Notes: generated by a model not told the origin, from the sequence alone. A stretch of 64,000 nucleotides of DNA from Schizochytrium sp. TIO01 (GCA_004764695.1 SMSO01000035.1:3670040-3734039), one strand, 5' to 3'; shown: positions 46,101 through 59,418, numbered from the stretch's first letter. Numbers and translations: made by a program.

Positions 46101-49100
46101 GTGTCAACTGATAGAGTTGAATTAAAATGTAATTTTCCCTTCTCGGGAAAATATCATTAATGAAATTTACTCGTACCCCTAATCAATTGCACAAATTGTC
46201 AAAGTTTAAACCTTTTCTCAATCCAAACTTTTGCATTACAACACCTGAATGTCTAAACGACTAATTTTTCTTCATATAAATATATATAACAAGGACTTTG
46301 TATATGAATTTGGGAATTTCGAGAATGAGTATTGTGGTAGTGGCCGCACGGCACGCGTTGCAAGTCCTTTGTCATCACTCTTTTGGAAATAAATTGGACT
46401 CTAAAATTGTAAATATTCCTAAATGACACAGGGGCCAAATCTTGGATTAACCACTCGGTGGTATGAACCAAGCATCCTTGTAAACACTCTGATCGAATTT
46501 AACATACAGAATAGTCATAACAGCATTTGGAGACGCAATAGTTCTGCAACTTAATTTCATAGAAGTAAATTTATAAATAAAAGTAAAAGGAGATCGAGCT
46601 CGTTTCGGCTTCTCGCTATTTCTAATACTTCAAATACTTCGCACCAAGGCGGCCTCAAACTTGCTTCTCGTTCACCTTTGGCAGCGCATGGTTGTGCATG
46701 TTGCAAGTAATCTATCACCAGGACTGTTTGCGCAGCGCCGAGAGATTAGTTTGATTGTTGAAGTGAAAGAAATACTTGAATAGTTGCAGTATCAAGATGA
46801 AAATTAAACAAAAAAAAACATATAATCTGAGCTGCTGCAAAGCCTCTTAGCGTCTAGCTTGAGACAGAAAACTCTGCAAGATTCTTTAAGCGTCTAGATA
46901 TGGTATGGTATGATATGGCTGGTCTCCAACCCCCCAATTTGCCTGGCTGCAAGACAGGATTGTTGAAAATGCCGGGATATGATGTTCGCTCCATGACTGC
47001 TTTGCAAAATCAATTTATAAATGAAACGGACGGTCTGTACCCACTTCGAGTTTCTTTAGAGCAGTGGAAACTTTCTCCGTCACTAGAGCTTCGTGTTTCG
47101 CCGAAGACTGCCGCAGCAAAGGAGTAAGTAGCCTTCCGGATTCCTTGGCCATGGGAATCCTGCGCGTCAAGTTCCGGTCTACCTTCCATCACCTTGCGGC
47201 AGAGCATTGTAGCAAGCTCCACCTTTGACACTGTGTACTCAGAAAGACAATCCAGGCCAGATTTTATCGAGGTCTGAAGACTAAATCAAACTTATCGAGT
47301 TATTGAAAACAAGCAAACTGTACCGGGGAGTCATTTCAAGGCTAGAGAGGTAGCAACAACTGCAAAAACCATCGACACACCAGCATACTTGCTGGTGAAA
47401 CATCGCAGCACAGCTTAGAAAAGAATCGCCCCGGGACGAGGAGTACTCTAAGAGAGTCTTGCGAAATGAGCTTTTGTTTCTAGCCAGAGCAACAACCGTT
47501 TCATCCTTTTTTTACCCTCAGGCCGCGAGACAGGCTTTAGAAGAAAATATACGCTGCGAATAAAGAACACCAGGGCCATATGACCTTGAGGATGTCCTGT
47601 AGAACGTCGATTTGGCATTCGATGAAGCTGCTTTGTGTCTTTGTCTGCTCGAAGTAAGGGTGAGTGGCGCTTGTAATCGTGGAAATTGTACTTGACTCAT
47701 AGAATATTTTAATTTTTAATATTCCATAACTCTTTGCATTATTTTGTGCGCCAAAGTAGTGCGAGAGCAAGCAACTTGAGAGAAAAACGAAGGTTTGTGT
47801 AGGGTTTTCATTAGGACATGCTCTATCAAACGCCCCGTAATTGCTCGTTTCGCAATTTCATTCAGTTTCTGAAATTGAAGATTATATTGTACTGCAACAT
47901 GAAATGAAATAAATTTACACGCTCTTTTAGAATGGATAATTGATACTTAGATCATGAGTGCTTGATGTAGTTATACTGGAATCGGGTCAGAGTCTGGATG
48001 CCCTGGTCCACTGGCCAGGCCATGTTGCATCTCTGTAACCACGGAAGATCCCATAGAGGTCAATTTAAAATTGAAAAAATGGTGAATATTATGTATACAC
48101 AAGGATGGCAGGATTCATGTATTTGACTTTCACTAATCCTCATGAGTGCAGTCACTTGCAGATCTGTGATTTGGCGCGCGTAGGTGATCAAATTCGTAGC
48201 AATGGCTGCTGCGAATTAAAGCGGCGATTAATCTTTCTTACCTGTATCCCATACTCTCGATACGTCAATAAATCAACATGGAAGTGCTACCCATCCACCT
48301 CCAGAGAGGCTGCTGCCGCCTTCTATGTTTGTCTCGAAGTCGATGCCCGCTTTCCATAACAACTGTATGCCTCCTCCCTGCAAGCATGCGGCATGGTCCT
48401 CAAGATAGGAATTTTCCTCTCAATCCACCTTAAAGACGAACAAAAAACACACACAAGTAAGTTCCACATATCTTCTGGCTAGCTACCAGTTTATTCATTC
48501 TCACTTCCACTCCTTTGTACGAAGGTGTCACTTCTCCAAGTCGCTTGGCCATTCCGAGTCTACGGTGTCTGTCTTTTCTTGGCAGGGAAGTAAGCCTGGC
48601 CCGTGAAAAGGGCGAATTCTCAGCGCCAGCTTGACGAAGTCGGCACTTCCTTCCGTGCAATGGATTTTCGGGATGTCGCAAGTCTCCAGGAGTCCGGCAC
48701 TTGCAGAGACTGTTCTGGTACCGTCTTGTCGCAGCACGGGGATCAGGTAGCTGTAGTGGTGCAGCTGCGACCCCGTCGATACCCGCTAAGCTCTTACTTT
48801 CAATGGAGGCTTTGTTCACTCTCAAGATTTCTTTTTCGGACATTTTCTTGGGAAATCTTTGAAGGTGAAGAACCGCCTCCCAAGAGTACCTGGGTGAGGA
48901 GGTAATAGGAAAACCAACTTCGATCTTTGTTTGGATCAGCGCCTAAGAACCAAAGTTATAAACTGCTCCAATGTTAAGCTTGCCGAGGGATCGATCTTTC
49001 GCTTCAGAGGGAATGCGTTGAAGCTACTTTTAGTTCTCTATGAAAGTAAATTTACTCAATTGAAGTTTATAAACTTATGAAAATCAAAATATTTTATTTT

Positions 49101-51321
49101 ATTTTCTTCTGGAGATCACAGCCTACTGGCAACGTGAAAAGACCACTCTTAGTAAGACCCCTTCGCTCCTAGCTGCGAGGTTCTCCTTGGGGACTTGCTG
49201 ATCCTAAACTGCTGTGAAGGCTCTAGTTTCAAAGGCTCGTTTGGAACCAGACCGACTTGACAATCTGAAGAAGAAGAGGGAAACAAAGCAACGCAAAGAA
49301 ATTAAGAAATTAAGAAAGAAATTAAGAAAGAAATTGAGAAAGAAAAAGAAAAAGAAAAATCTCGATATTACGAATTCCAGGCTGCTGACCGAACGAATCA
49401 CAAAAGATCTCGAAAGCCCCGCAAGAACAGCGGACTCAAGTTGTCCTAGTATTGGTCAGCCTGAGCATTTCTCGAGGCCATGAAGATCCAATAGAAGCTG
49501 CAAAAGTACAGAACCTGGGTTTGCCAAGCTGCCGATAAGTATTGTAACATCTACCCTCGCAACACTGGTTATGATTCATTACCTACCTATGTTTTCGCTT
49601 GGATGTTGTTCTTGTTTGTTTGTTTGTTTGTTTGTTTGTTTCAGGAAGAAATCATTAACTGCTATTCAATAGAATTTGGTTCTGGTAGATGTGCTAAAGT
49701 ACGCGCGTCGGATTTCATGCCGCAGTTGCTACTTGGCAAGAAGACTATGATATCCTAGCTGAAGAAAACTCCAAAGCTTTGTTGAAGTCTTGCTGTAATT
49801 TAAGTAAAGTAGCACAAATTCAATCGAGAATTTGCCAATTTGAAGATGATCATATGGTGGATCATGGCTACTCGATGTTTCCATTTACACCTGAAATTGA
49901 ATGTGATTGCAATCGTCAACAAGTAAGGACGCTCCTTGATTTGGATTGAATAAACCTTAGTTGTATCAAAGTGATCGAAAGCGTAGCTCAACCTTACTAA
50001 ATTATTGGAAACTGCATGTTCGCTCTGCGCAGTTCTAAGCTGACTGAGCACGCGCTGCACTTCTTTCAAGTTAGTGGGCAGCACATGCCGCTTGAAGGTC
50101 CTGTCTACAAAGCGAGTCGATTAGATTTAAGGCTTCAAAACAACTATCACGATGCAGGCCATCCAATATTGATGAGATAGGCTTAAAAAAAAAAAAGAAT
50201 ACAGTATAACTTGTCATGAACAAGAAATTTCTAGAGGTGGGAACTCGCCAATAATGCAATAAAATGGACCCGGAGTGTTGGAGAAGTTTTGGAGCTTCTT
50301 AACAATTCTAGGTTACTACTACAAATTTGGCAACTTCTACTGCCCTAAGAAATCTTTGAGCGACACAACTGCGATCGATACGTGATGCGCCTAAGCACTG
50401 TAATTGAAAACATTCCATTAAGAGATTGTATTCCTTCATTGAAATGATTGCCCTTGAGCTGAGAAATCTCCTGCTCCTTTTTATTACCACGCGCCCTGGC
50501 CGCAAAGCCGCCACCAGAGCTTTGGAACAAGTAAGCCAAAGCCATTAGTTACTTACATTGCAATTTACGTCAGGCTAGGCATTGCCGCAGAAACAATGTA
50601 CGAGGGCTCAATAGGATGGGGCGAAATGACTGGGCGAATGTTAGAAGCTATGCTTTTTGGCATTTGTGTTTTTAATTTGTGCAGCTATTTTCGTACAGGG
50701 ATACAAGTAATAAACCATCGTTAGGATGACATTTATATTTGTAAATATACGTTTTTAAATTGGAAACGACAATGTATGTATTGTTGTTTCAAAAGACGCC
50801 AGATGATACCCGCCGCGTGATATGGCGCAAACTCATCCACTCAATGCATTCCCAACTGATTATGCTGCAATTTTTTAATATTATTTATGTCGTTACAGAG
50901 TAAGATGCTGACCTTTTATTTGTTTGTTGTTTCGGTCTCTGGTACTATTGTGTTGCTTGGCGCTCATGTTTTAGAAAACCAGCATTTCCTAGCAAGGACA
51001 GCGTTTTCTCTATGTGGTACAGCAACTAGAACTGATTTAATTGCAGTAAACCCCGCCTAATTCAGTTTATATGCATCGATGCAAGCAGCACTTCTTATCA
51101 TCAATCAGGATTATGTCGAGTCACACAATTGCAAGAAGGCATTTGCAGGTTATGAATGCAAAAGTGCATACATGTCAACAGTACCCCCCAAGTGCATTCT
51201 CAAGGGGCATTCATGGGGGGTATTATACTTACCGCAGATAAGGGTAAAAGAAAGAGAGGCTTTGTGGCGCAGACGATACAATCAAAAGACCAATCTACAC
51301 ATTTTGCTCTGTCTGTGCAAG

Positions 51322-52064
51322 ATGGGCTCTACATTCTCGTCAGGCAAAACTCCAACTCCTATTTCGGCTGCTCCTCTGGACCCAAACTCCACCGGACCTG
51401 TTGAGATCAGTGGAGCACCGCTCAAGACGGCCGAGGAAGATGTGGCTGCCTCAAGCACTGCGACACCACAAGAGACTGCGGAGCCTGAAGACGCTCCCAA
51501 ACCACGCAAGATCCCCATGACCAGGGAAGAGGCACGTGCAGCATGTGACCTTGAAGACAAGCTTGCACAGCTCTGTATTGTGGAACGCTTCTCTGAAACT
51601 TGGTGCAAGGTAAGTAGATCAGCTCCCCTTTGGGCTTACATTCTTCAAAATAGAAGGAATACAGTGCAATAGTACAATACAAGCCGCTGCGGAATCCCCC
51701 AGGAACATTAGTTACAATCATCTGGGTAACTATAACTTGGTTGGTAGCTACTGCACAGTGTCGAAAAAATGAATGATCTGACAAATGAAGATGATGGATC
51801 ATGTTGATGTTTTCACAGGATGAACTAGAGAAGTTTTGGACATGCTACATGGGTAATCGTGGCTGGGCCACCAAAGCAGACAAGAAGAATCGTTTTGAAG
51901 ACTATCTGCCTGCGCCAGTGCGCGATACAATCGATAAATATGGTGTCATTGTAAAGGATACCTTGGAGAGCAAATGGAACCCTAAGCGAGCAGAAGCTGC
52001 CCACCAGCAGCACCAGCAGCAGTCAAGTGAAAGTACCGGATCTGCCGAAGACAAAGAGGCATAA
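51322..52064 (+). CDS. Two-exon twin-CX9C (CHCH) protein with N-myristoylation motif, 177 aa; exons 51322-51609 and 51819-52064
   Basis: ATG in CAAG-ATG-G context giving MGSTFS. Donor AAG|GTAAGT at 51610 and acceptor TTTTCACAG at 51818, phase 0. Splicing yields C-DLEDKLAQL-C ... C-KDELEKFWT-C. Confidence 0.8.
51610..51818 (+). other. GT-AG spliceosomal intron (209 nt)
   Basis: Consensus GTAAGT donor and pyrimidine-tract CAG acceptor. Removing it joins two ORFs in frame and completes a CX9C motif. Confidence 0.78.
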
Positions 52065-52849
52065 ATTTGAGAAATAAGTTCGTCCAAAGACGTCTTGTAC
52101 ACTGAAGGGAGACCCTACCTATTTCACTACACCGCGAGAAACCCCCAAGTTTGCTTGCTATGAGGGCTACTTGTAAGCCAGATCACGCGTTATATTGCTT
52201 TTGATGTTTCGTAACCAGCTGATGACACATAGTTCTTGCGTTGAAAAAGACCAGGGAGTTCTGCAATCTATGTGCCATAGGGCATGCTTCAGATACTTAC
52301 AGGGTTCAAGACACATGGATATGGGTTGGCCCTCCACGAGTGATGGCGATGGGGAAGATAGACATACAAAGTACTTTTAAAAAAATATAAAAAAAATATA
52401 AAACGTGTAGTAGTAGAGTTTTATAATTCGTTTCTATAAAAGGTTCCCATGATGTGAGTGTTATTTATGATAACTTGTGGGGGCTGGGCAACCGTTTCAA
52501 TATGCAAAGCTTGCCCGCAATTCGCTGCTAAAAGACGCATACAGGGAAGAGTAGTTTTCGCAAATGTAGAAAGGAGGAGAGGGATAAAAAAGCGTGAAGA
52601 CTAGCGACGGAGAGAATGAGTAACGCAAGAGGATTGAGCGAAATACTTTGGAGGATACTCCAAGATATTTGGTTCAATTCGCCACAAAGAATTGCTTCCG
52701 AAGCACGATTTTATCGCGCAAAGTTTCGATGGGCAACCAGCCAAGTGAGGAATTGAAAAATGACATAGCAGACGCCTCCTAGTATGGTTGCAGATGGTCA
52801 ATTCCCATCGGGGTGGTCACAGATATGATGAAGAGGAAGGATAAAGAAT

Positions 52850-54184
52850 TTAGACAGTCAGGCTCTCGTAGAATTTGAGGAACTCGGGTCCGTTCTTGGA
52901 CCAGAAGTTGATCATGACAGTTCCGTCCATGTTGCGAATGTTGTGGAACCAGCCAGCAGGCAAGTAAAGAATCTCGCCAGCAGTAAGATCGACAGTGAGG
53001 AATTGGGTGCTGTCCTTAATCTTTGACTGAGTTGCGGTGAGAGCGGTGTTAGGGAGAGCGAGGCGCTTGACCCAGCAAAGGCCGCCTTGGCAGTTGGGCT
53101 TCAATATCCTGGCATCACTCGGGGGGGCAATGGTCCAGCGCTTGGTACCGGCGACCATCATAGCCCAGTTGTCACAGCAGTCGCTGTGAAGAGGGGTATC
53201 AGCAGAGGTAGGACCAAACCAGAATGCGGGAAGCATCATGGGAATGTCAGGAATGATGGGGGGGCGCTGGGCGTTAATGCGGTTCAGCGCCTGGAGGTTG
53301 ATCTTGGTGTTACGAGGGTAGCTCTTACCATTGGTAGTCTTGACGAGCTTTTTATCGTCCATGAGCTGTGTAAGTGCAGGGCCGAGGTCGATGTCCTCAG
53401 AGACGATGGCGCCGTACTTGTACAGCTTAGGCTTGGAGTTCGGGTAGATCTCCTTGAGCTGCTCAAGCGTGTACCCCTTCATTGTGAAGTTCAAGTGGCG
53501 GAGCGCATCAAAGGGGATGATTACAGGCTGTGAACGCTCCATGAAGAGCTTGCGAAACTTTTCCGCGGTGATGCCAGTGTCTGTGCGCAGACGAGGAATG
53601 TAAAGACGAGCCGGGTGTTCACGGTGGTAACGTTCATGGGCCAACACAATCTTGGAGTACTTGCGAGTTTTGGACTCGGGTAAAGTCTGAATAATGGGAG
53701 CGTTATCAAAGGCCTCCTGATCCACGAAAAGGGATCCCTCTTCCTTCTCGTCATATGCCTCACCGGTGGTCTCCTCATCCTCGCCGTCGGACTCGGAATC
53801 CGTAGTGTCTTCATGCGGTTTGGGCTCATCGTTTGCTGAGACCATGTCGTCACTGCCAGAGTTCTTGACGACCTCGTATGTAGGGTAGTCCCGCATTTCC
53901 TCGGCCGCGCGAGCTGCCGACTCTTGCTCCTCCTCTTCGGCGGTCTGCGAAGATGACACAGAGCCCGCCGCAGGGGTGAACTCCATCGTCTGCACCGGAG
54001 CTCCATTCCTCATCTGGAGGTTGTTCTCAGATGCGGGAACGGAGGAAGCGCCTGGCATGACGAGGTAGAGCACGATCATGGCTGCGAAGCCAGCGGCCAC
54101 AAGGTAGAAGGCACGTACATTCTGCTGCGACGTCCGCTTCTTGTGGTACTTGTTGTCATCAAGAAAGGGCTCTTGTGCCGCCAT
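52850..54184 (-). CDS. Type-II membrane-anchored JmjC (cupin-8) 2OG/Fe(II) oxygenase
   Basis: TM helix at about aa 26-43 and an acidic stalk. FWFG....TPLHSD..DN...V.G.KRW, and L.AGEILYLPAGWFH completing the HxD...H triad. Confidence 0.88.
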   Translation of the reverse strand: MAAQEPFLDDNKYHKKRTSQQNVRAFYLVAAGFAAMIVLYLVMPGASSVPASENNLQMRNGAPVQTMEFTPAAGSVSSSQTAEEEEQESAARAAEEMRDYPTYEVVKNSGSDDMVSANDEPKPHEDTTDSESDGEDEETTGEAYDEKEEGSLFVDQEAFDNAPIIQTLPESKTRKYSKIVLAHERYHREHPARLYIPRLRTDTGITAEKFRKLFMERSQPVIIPFDALRHLNFTMKGYTLEQLKEIYPNSKPKLYKYGAIVSEDIDLGPALTQLMDDKKLVKTTNGKSYPRNTKINLQALNRINAQRPPIIPDIPMMLPAFWFGPTSADTPLHSDCCDNWAMMVAGTKRWTIAPPSDARILKPNCQGGLCWVKRLALPNTALTATQSKIKDSTQFLTVDLTAGEILYLPAGWFHNIRNMDGTVMINFWSKNGPEFLKFYESLTV

Positions 54185-54388
54185 CTTGGCTCAGGCCGTA
54201 GAGCCGATGTACACGCAGCGCCACTCGCGAGGATAAACTAAGGCCGCCTGTGAGCGGGGCCGGGACACAGACAGCTGGGAGCACTCTTGCTCGCGGCCGG
54301 TGCTGCTGCTGCTGCTGCTGCGGATGCTGACTGATTTGAGTTTGCTGCTGCTAGCGCGAGAAATCGTTTATTTCTAGTTTATGTTTTC

Positions 54389-54424
<36 letters not shown>

Positions 54425-54505
54425 AAAATGTTTTCCAAAACATTAATTTCTCTCTCAGACTTTCTTTCACCGGGACGCTCTACCACCCTCGCTAAGGTTT
54501 CCCCT

Positions 54506-54545
54506 AAACAAACAAACAAACAAACAAACAAACAAACAAACAATC
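54506..54545. repeat. (AAAC)n microsatellite; a (CT)n tract lies about 100 nt upstream
   Basis: Direct reading of the sequence. Confidence 0.85.
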
Positions 54546-56666
54546 AATCAATCGTTCAATCAATCATTCAATCACATCAAAACTGCTCATTCTTTGTTTC
54601 TCCCTTTTCAACAGGAAAAAGAAAGCAGAGGGTCAGAACCGCCAAAGGGCCCAAAAGAGGCGTCGCAAAACACGCTCATCCGGCGCCTCTCAAACGCGCG
54701 AAAGCGAAGCGACGACGACGATGACAACGATGACAACGCCGCGTGAAAACCCTTTTCTCGCGGCCGCTTTCCTCGTCATTACGTCCGTGAGTCTTCGTGA
54801 CGAGGGCCCTTCTACTCCGCACAGCAGAGCCGCTAGTGGCGAGCAGTCAGTAGGAGTTAGCTACCTACTGGCATGGTAGCAGGCACTTACAGCACTTTTT
54901 AATAATAATAAAATTAAAAAACAATTCTTATTACTGTAAAAGGCGTATGTATAATATGAGCTCGAACTCCTCTTTTTTTTTCTTTCTTTTTTTTTCTTGT
55001 TAATTTTAACTTTAAATAAATATATATATATATATATTTAATACAAACTATAAATTAACGATGTTTGCTTTAATTAAATAAGCACAGGCAAAACAGAACA
55101 GAAAGACTCCAAAAGCTTCTGAGGAGAACTAAACAAACTGGTATAGTTAAGCATAGACACGACTAGGCGATAGGACCTCTATGTTACTTATTTCCAGCGC
55201 TCGTTTCGAAGAACTGGGGTAGTACGTGCCTACTGACTGCTAGTCTTTGAGAATGAGAACAGAACAAACTGCGAATTGAAAGAGGCAGCGAAGGACCCGA
55301 ATGAACCCTTGAGCGAATGAGCGAATGAGCCAATGGAGAGTCGAGTGAAGATGTGTAGAAGGCCCAAAGGCCAAAGCTGTCGCGCGTCTTCAGATGGGCT
55401 CGTTGGCTCAAACATGCTTCGTGAAGATGACCTTTTGTAGAACTTGGCAGAAACGAGGAGCAGAGTTAAGAAGTCTCATCCACGGCTGGTTTCCGACTTT
55501 AGAAAGAACGAGAGAACGGAGGAAACGCTTTCAATTCTCGTCAATCACGATGATGATAATGATACAAAAAATATATAAATAAATATTATTATCTCAATTT
55601 TTAATTTAAAATGTTAAACTTAAAAAATGGTGCGAAAAGTACGAGATCGGCTTCTGCCAAAATGGAGAGCCTTTCTGAGTAAGCACGTACCTAAGGGCCT
55701 CTTCGTTAGGCTACTTATTCATTCATTCATTCATTCATTCATTTGTTTGTTTGTTTGCTTATCCACTTGAAAACCACTCTTGTTTATCTGTGGAAAAGGC
55801 GGTTCGTTCCAAAGTTGAGAATAATCAACTTGAACTCGAACCAGGATGTGAGAAAACATACAGAAAGAAGAGAAAACCATGACTTCCACTTGTCGAGAAA
55901 GGGTCTACTCTGCCCCACATGGGACTACACTCCTTCGTAGCAATTCGAGCAGATTGGTTCTCCGTCGGATATAGAGGGGTACTAAGGGACGTTTAAAATT
56001 CAATGCTGTGATTTTCGATAGATCTAAAGATTGATTGATTGCTGAGTGAGTGAGTGAGTGAGTGATCGATCGATTGACTGATTTTACTCGATCGATGATT
56101 GTACACGCTCCAAAACCTGTGTCTTCGAGTGCCTGCTTTAAGGCCACGTCCTCGAGATGGCCTCTTCTATGCACATGTATCGGTCCAATTGTGCTGTCGA
56201 TGATGGCGATCAACCGATTTATCCATCCATCCATTGATTTAACCTGAACTTTCTTAGGCTATGTTTAACTCCCTCACTCACCCACTCATTCATTCTTTCA
56301 TTCTTTCTTCATTCATTCATTTTTCTATTTATTTTTTCCTGCCATTGGTTTGTTTTTCTGTCTCCTCCGTATCTTCGCTGATGTACTAAATGTGTAGAAA
56401 AGCACGCAGAACCGACCTTCGCAAGAACCTTGAACCCCTTAGTCCAAACTCGGACAGACTCTGTCGGCTTCGAGCTCAGCAGTGACAGGCCTTGCCAATC
56501 ACTTGAGCTGTTGTCCACGAAACCGTCGCTCGCTTCATCGTCGATAACAGAGACACCTTCGTCAGCTCTCTGTGATTCTGCGAAGCCGAGAGCACGCAAT
56601 TCAAGTGAACCTCCACACTCTGAGACAATTGACGATAACTCGGAATTGATGGCACATGCAATTATG

Positions 56667-56882
56667 TGTTTGTTTGTTTGTTTGTTTGTTTGTTTGTTTG
56701 TTTGTTTGTTTGTTTGTTTGTTTGTTTGTTTGTTTGTTTGTTTGTTTGTTTGTTTGTTTGTTTGTTTGTTTGTTTGTTTGTTTGTTTGTTTGTTTGTTTG
56801 TTTGTTTGTTTGTTTGTTTGTTTGTTTGTTTGTTTGTTTGTTTGTTTGTTTGTTTGTTTGTTTGTTTGTTTGTTTGTTTGTT
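56667..56882. repeat. Perfect (TGTT)n microsatellite, about 54 units
   Basis: Direct reading of the sequence. Confidence 0.97.
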
Positions 56883-56934
56883 GCTGATGTGATGCTGTCG
56901 ATATCGCCAATGCTACCAATGTTGCCGTTGTAGC

Positions 56935-56950
56935 TGTCGTTGTCGTTGTC

Positions 56951-56983
<33 letters not shown>

Positions 56984-57085
56984 GTTGTAGTTGCTACTGC
57001 CGCTGATGATGATGATGATTATAACAATGATGATAATGATGATGATTATGATAATGATGATATAATGATGATAATGATGATGATG
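56935..57085. repeat. Imperfect (GTT/GTC)n then (GAT/AAT)n trinucleotide tract
   Basis: Direct reading of the sequence. Confidence 0.85.
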
Positions 57086-57689
57086 ACTTCTTGAACGTAA
57101 GTTTCCCGAGAAGCAAATACGGAAAACTTGAAGGCTGCAGCAGATCGAGAGAACCAACGACTCGAAGCAAAGAGGACGACCCACTCTGAAAGATCTCGGT
57201 CTCTGCTGCCTTGAAGGGAACTGGCTAATTAAATTGCTCGCTCCCGCATATTTGTCAGCGCGATTGAAGGCGCGAGAATCATGACGGGTCCTTTGATTGA
57301 TCGATTGATCGACTGATGAGTGTGGAGTCAGTCGGGTTGGATAGATTATGCATTAACAGAGTACGTACCGTGACATATTATCTATTGCTCACGGTGGACT
57401 CAGAGCGTGCTGAGCGACCATCGCAGCACTAAAGTAGAGGTAGTACTTAGGAACTTACGCTGGCAAAGCCTCGGAAAAGGATCGCGCAAAGGTTTCGATT
57501 TGCAAAGTGATACGTATCGGGTGAAGTTCTGCATGGAAAGCAGACCTCATTCATGCGTCTGTAAAGCCGCGGAGGCGCAGCGAAGAGCTGCCTTTTCGAG
57601 CATTGGTGAGCGTCGCGGTGGTGATAATTGTTGATTGAAACTTCGGGCAAATGCAAATGTGGCGCGAATATATTCTCATTTGGAGCGAA

Positions 57690-57923
57690 CTTGGAAATCT
57701 TGGAAATCTTGGAAATCTTGGAAATCTTGGAAATCTTGGAAATCTTGGAAATCTTGGAAATCTTGGAAATCTTGGAAATCTTGGAAATCTTGGAAATCTT
57801 GGAAATCTTGGAAATCTTGGAAATCTTGGAAATCTTGGAAATCTTGGAAATCTTAGAAATCTTGGAAATCTTAGAAATCTTAGAAATCTTGGAAATCTTG
57901 GAAATCTTGGAAATCTTGGAAAT
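57690..57923. repeat. 9-bp minisatellite (CTTGGAAAT)x26, three units CTTAGAAAT
   Basis: 234 nt = 26 units; variant units start at 57852, 57870 and 57879. Confidence 0.97.
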
Positions 57924-59270
57924 CTCGGAAGAACCTGACCTCAATTTGACTTGAGCTGTGAGGAATTGCGGAGGGATTCATTCTGGGTCTATGAGTAGGG
58001 TACCTTTGGCGTTCTTCAGACTTTTGATCCGCCTGAATGCACTGCGTTTCCTGTGACCTAAAGGTGCATATCTACGCAGCAGGAGCTCCATCTCTCAAAG
58101 TCTCCACATCCTCGTGAACGAATCTAATTCTGCGATGGCGGAAGAGGGGGATCGCCTGAAATCTGCAACCGAGCCGAGATTGGGGAGAGTTAGGCGCAAA
58201 CGCGCCACAGCCAAAGCCAATCGTGGCCGTAGGACTCGCTAATGATTTGGCCGCCAACTTATTAAATTAATTCCACGAAGTGATAAGCTTTTCAACTGAT
58301 CGATTGCTCGTCATCCATTTTACCACAGTTTCGTTCTTCTTATAGATATATATAAATCTATATATATAGAGAGAGAGGGAAGTCTTTCGTTCTAACGCGA
58401 GCCTTACTGTAAAAGATAGGAGAGGCAGTAGCCGTCGGTACCTGCTTTTGTATGGGGAGATGAAGCAAACGCTTTACAGAGTAAAAGAGCAAATGTGCAT
58501 TGACCAAACATGTTGAAACTTCAGAAAGCTGTGAGGAATAGAGGTTCCTTATCAGTGAAGAGGCATAAACGTCGCCAAAAAAAAAGTCACAGAGCCTCAA
58601 TTCGGGTGCCTTTAATCGCGAGACGCATTTCTGCTTCAACAGTCGGTTTCTGTTTCTTCTTCTCTTTTTCTTTCTTTTTCTTTTTCTTTTTCTTTTTCTA
58701 ATTTATTTTTTTAATTTAATTAAATAATTATGGAAATGCAATTGATCTCCGCGGACGCTTCCTCTCTCCTTCTGCGATTCGATGGGACGGCTAGGGCCGC
58801 TACGCCGCAGATGCTCGCAAATACGAGTAAATACCTCAATACGGTTTTTGCGGGTATCGATGAATAAACTTGTAGGAGCCCCGGTAGCGGGTTTCGTTCC
58901 GTTCTGGGGCTGCTGGTGCCCGGTTTCAATAGCGCTTGCATGGGGCTGTTCTTATTGCTATTTTAACCTTTTTTTAACTATTTTAAAATGTACTGTCTAT
59001 GGTCTATGATCTCCTCTTTGTTCGATTGTTATTTTATTTATTTCATTTATTTATTTGTTTATTTAAATTGACAAAAATAGATATTCAACGCATTACCCTC
59101 CACGCCTGATCGCAAATGTACCTCGAAGACCGGCAAGCCCATGACGCGTAGCACTACCTGCGTGCCTATCAGGGATGACTTCATAGAAACTCGTCTTGAA
59201 AAACAGTTAGGTCACCGGTTTTCCTTCGTGTATCTGTATTTTTTGTTTAATATTATTTACAAAGTAATGC

Positions 59271-59418
<148 letters not shown>

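Noticed and set aside
47010-47231. Minus-strand SHGQGIRKATYSFAA resembling a tyrosine-recombinase (Crypton) HxxRK motif
   Set aside because: Spacing is wrong and no downstream H/Y catalytic motifs or flanking ORF are visible.
56309-57184. 291-aa and overlapping ORFs with TNKQ/CLFV repeats
   Set aside because: Stop-free only because of the (TGTT)n and trinucleotide tracts.
57447-57954. ISK/LEI/GNL/WKS repeat ORFs; CRISPR-like or telomeric appearance
   Set aside because: A 9-bp tandem repeat with no spacers, open in most frames by construction, and not a recognised telomere unit.
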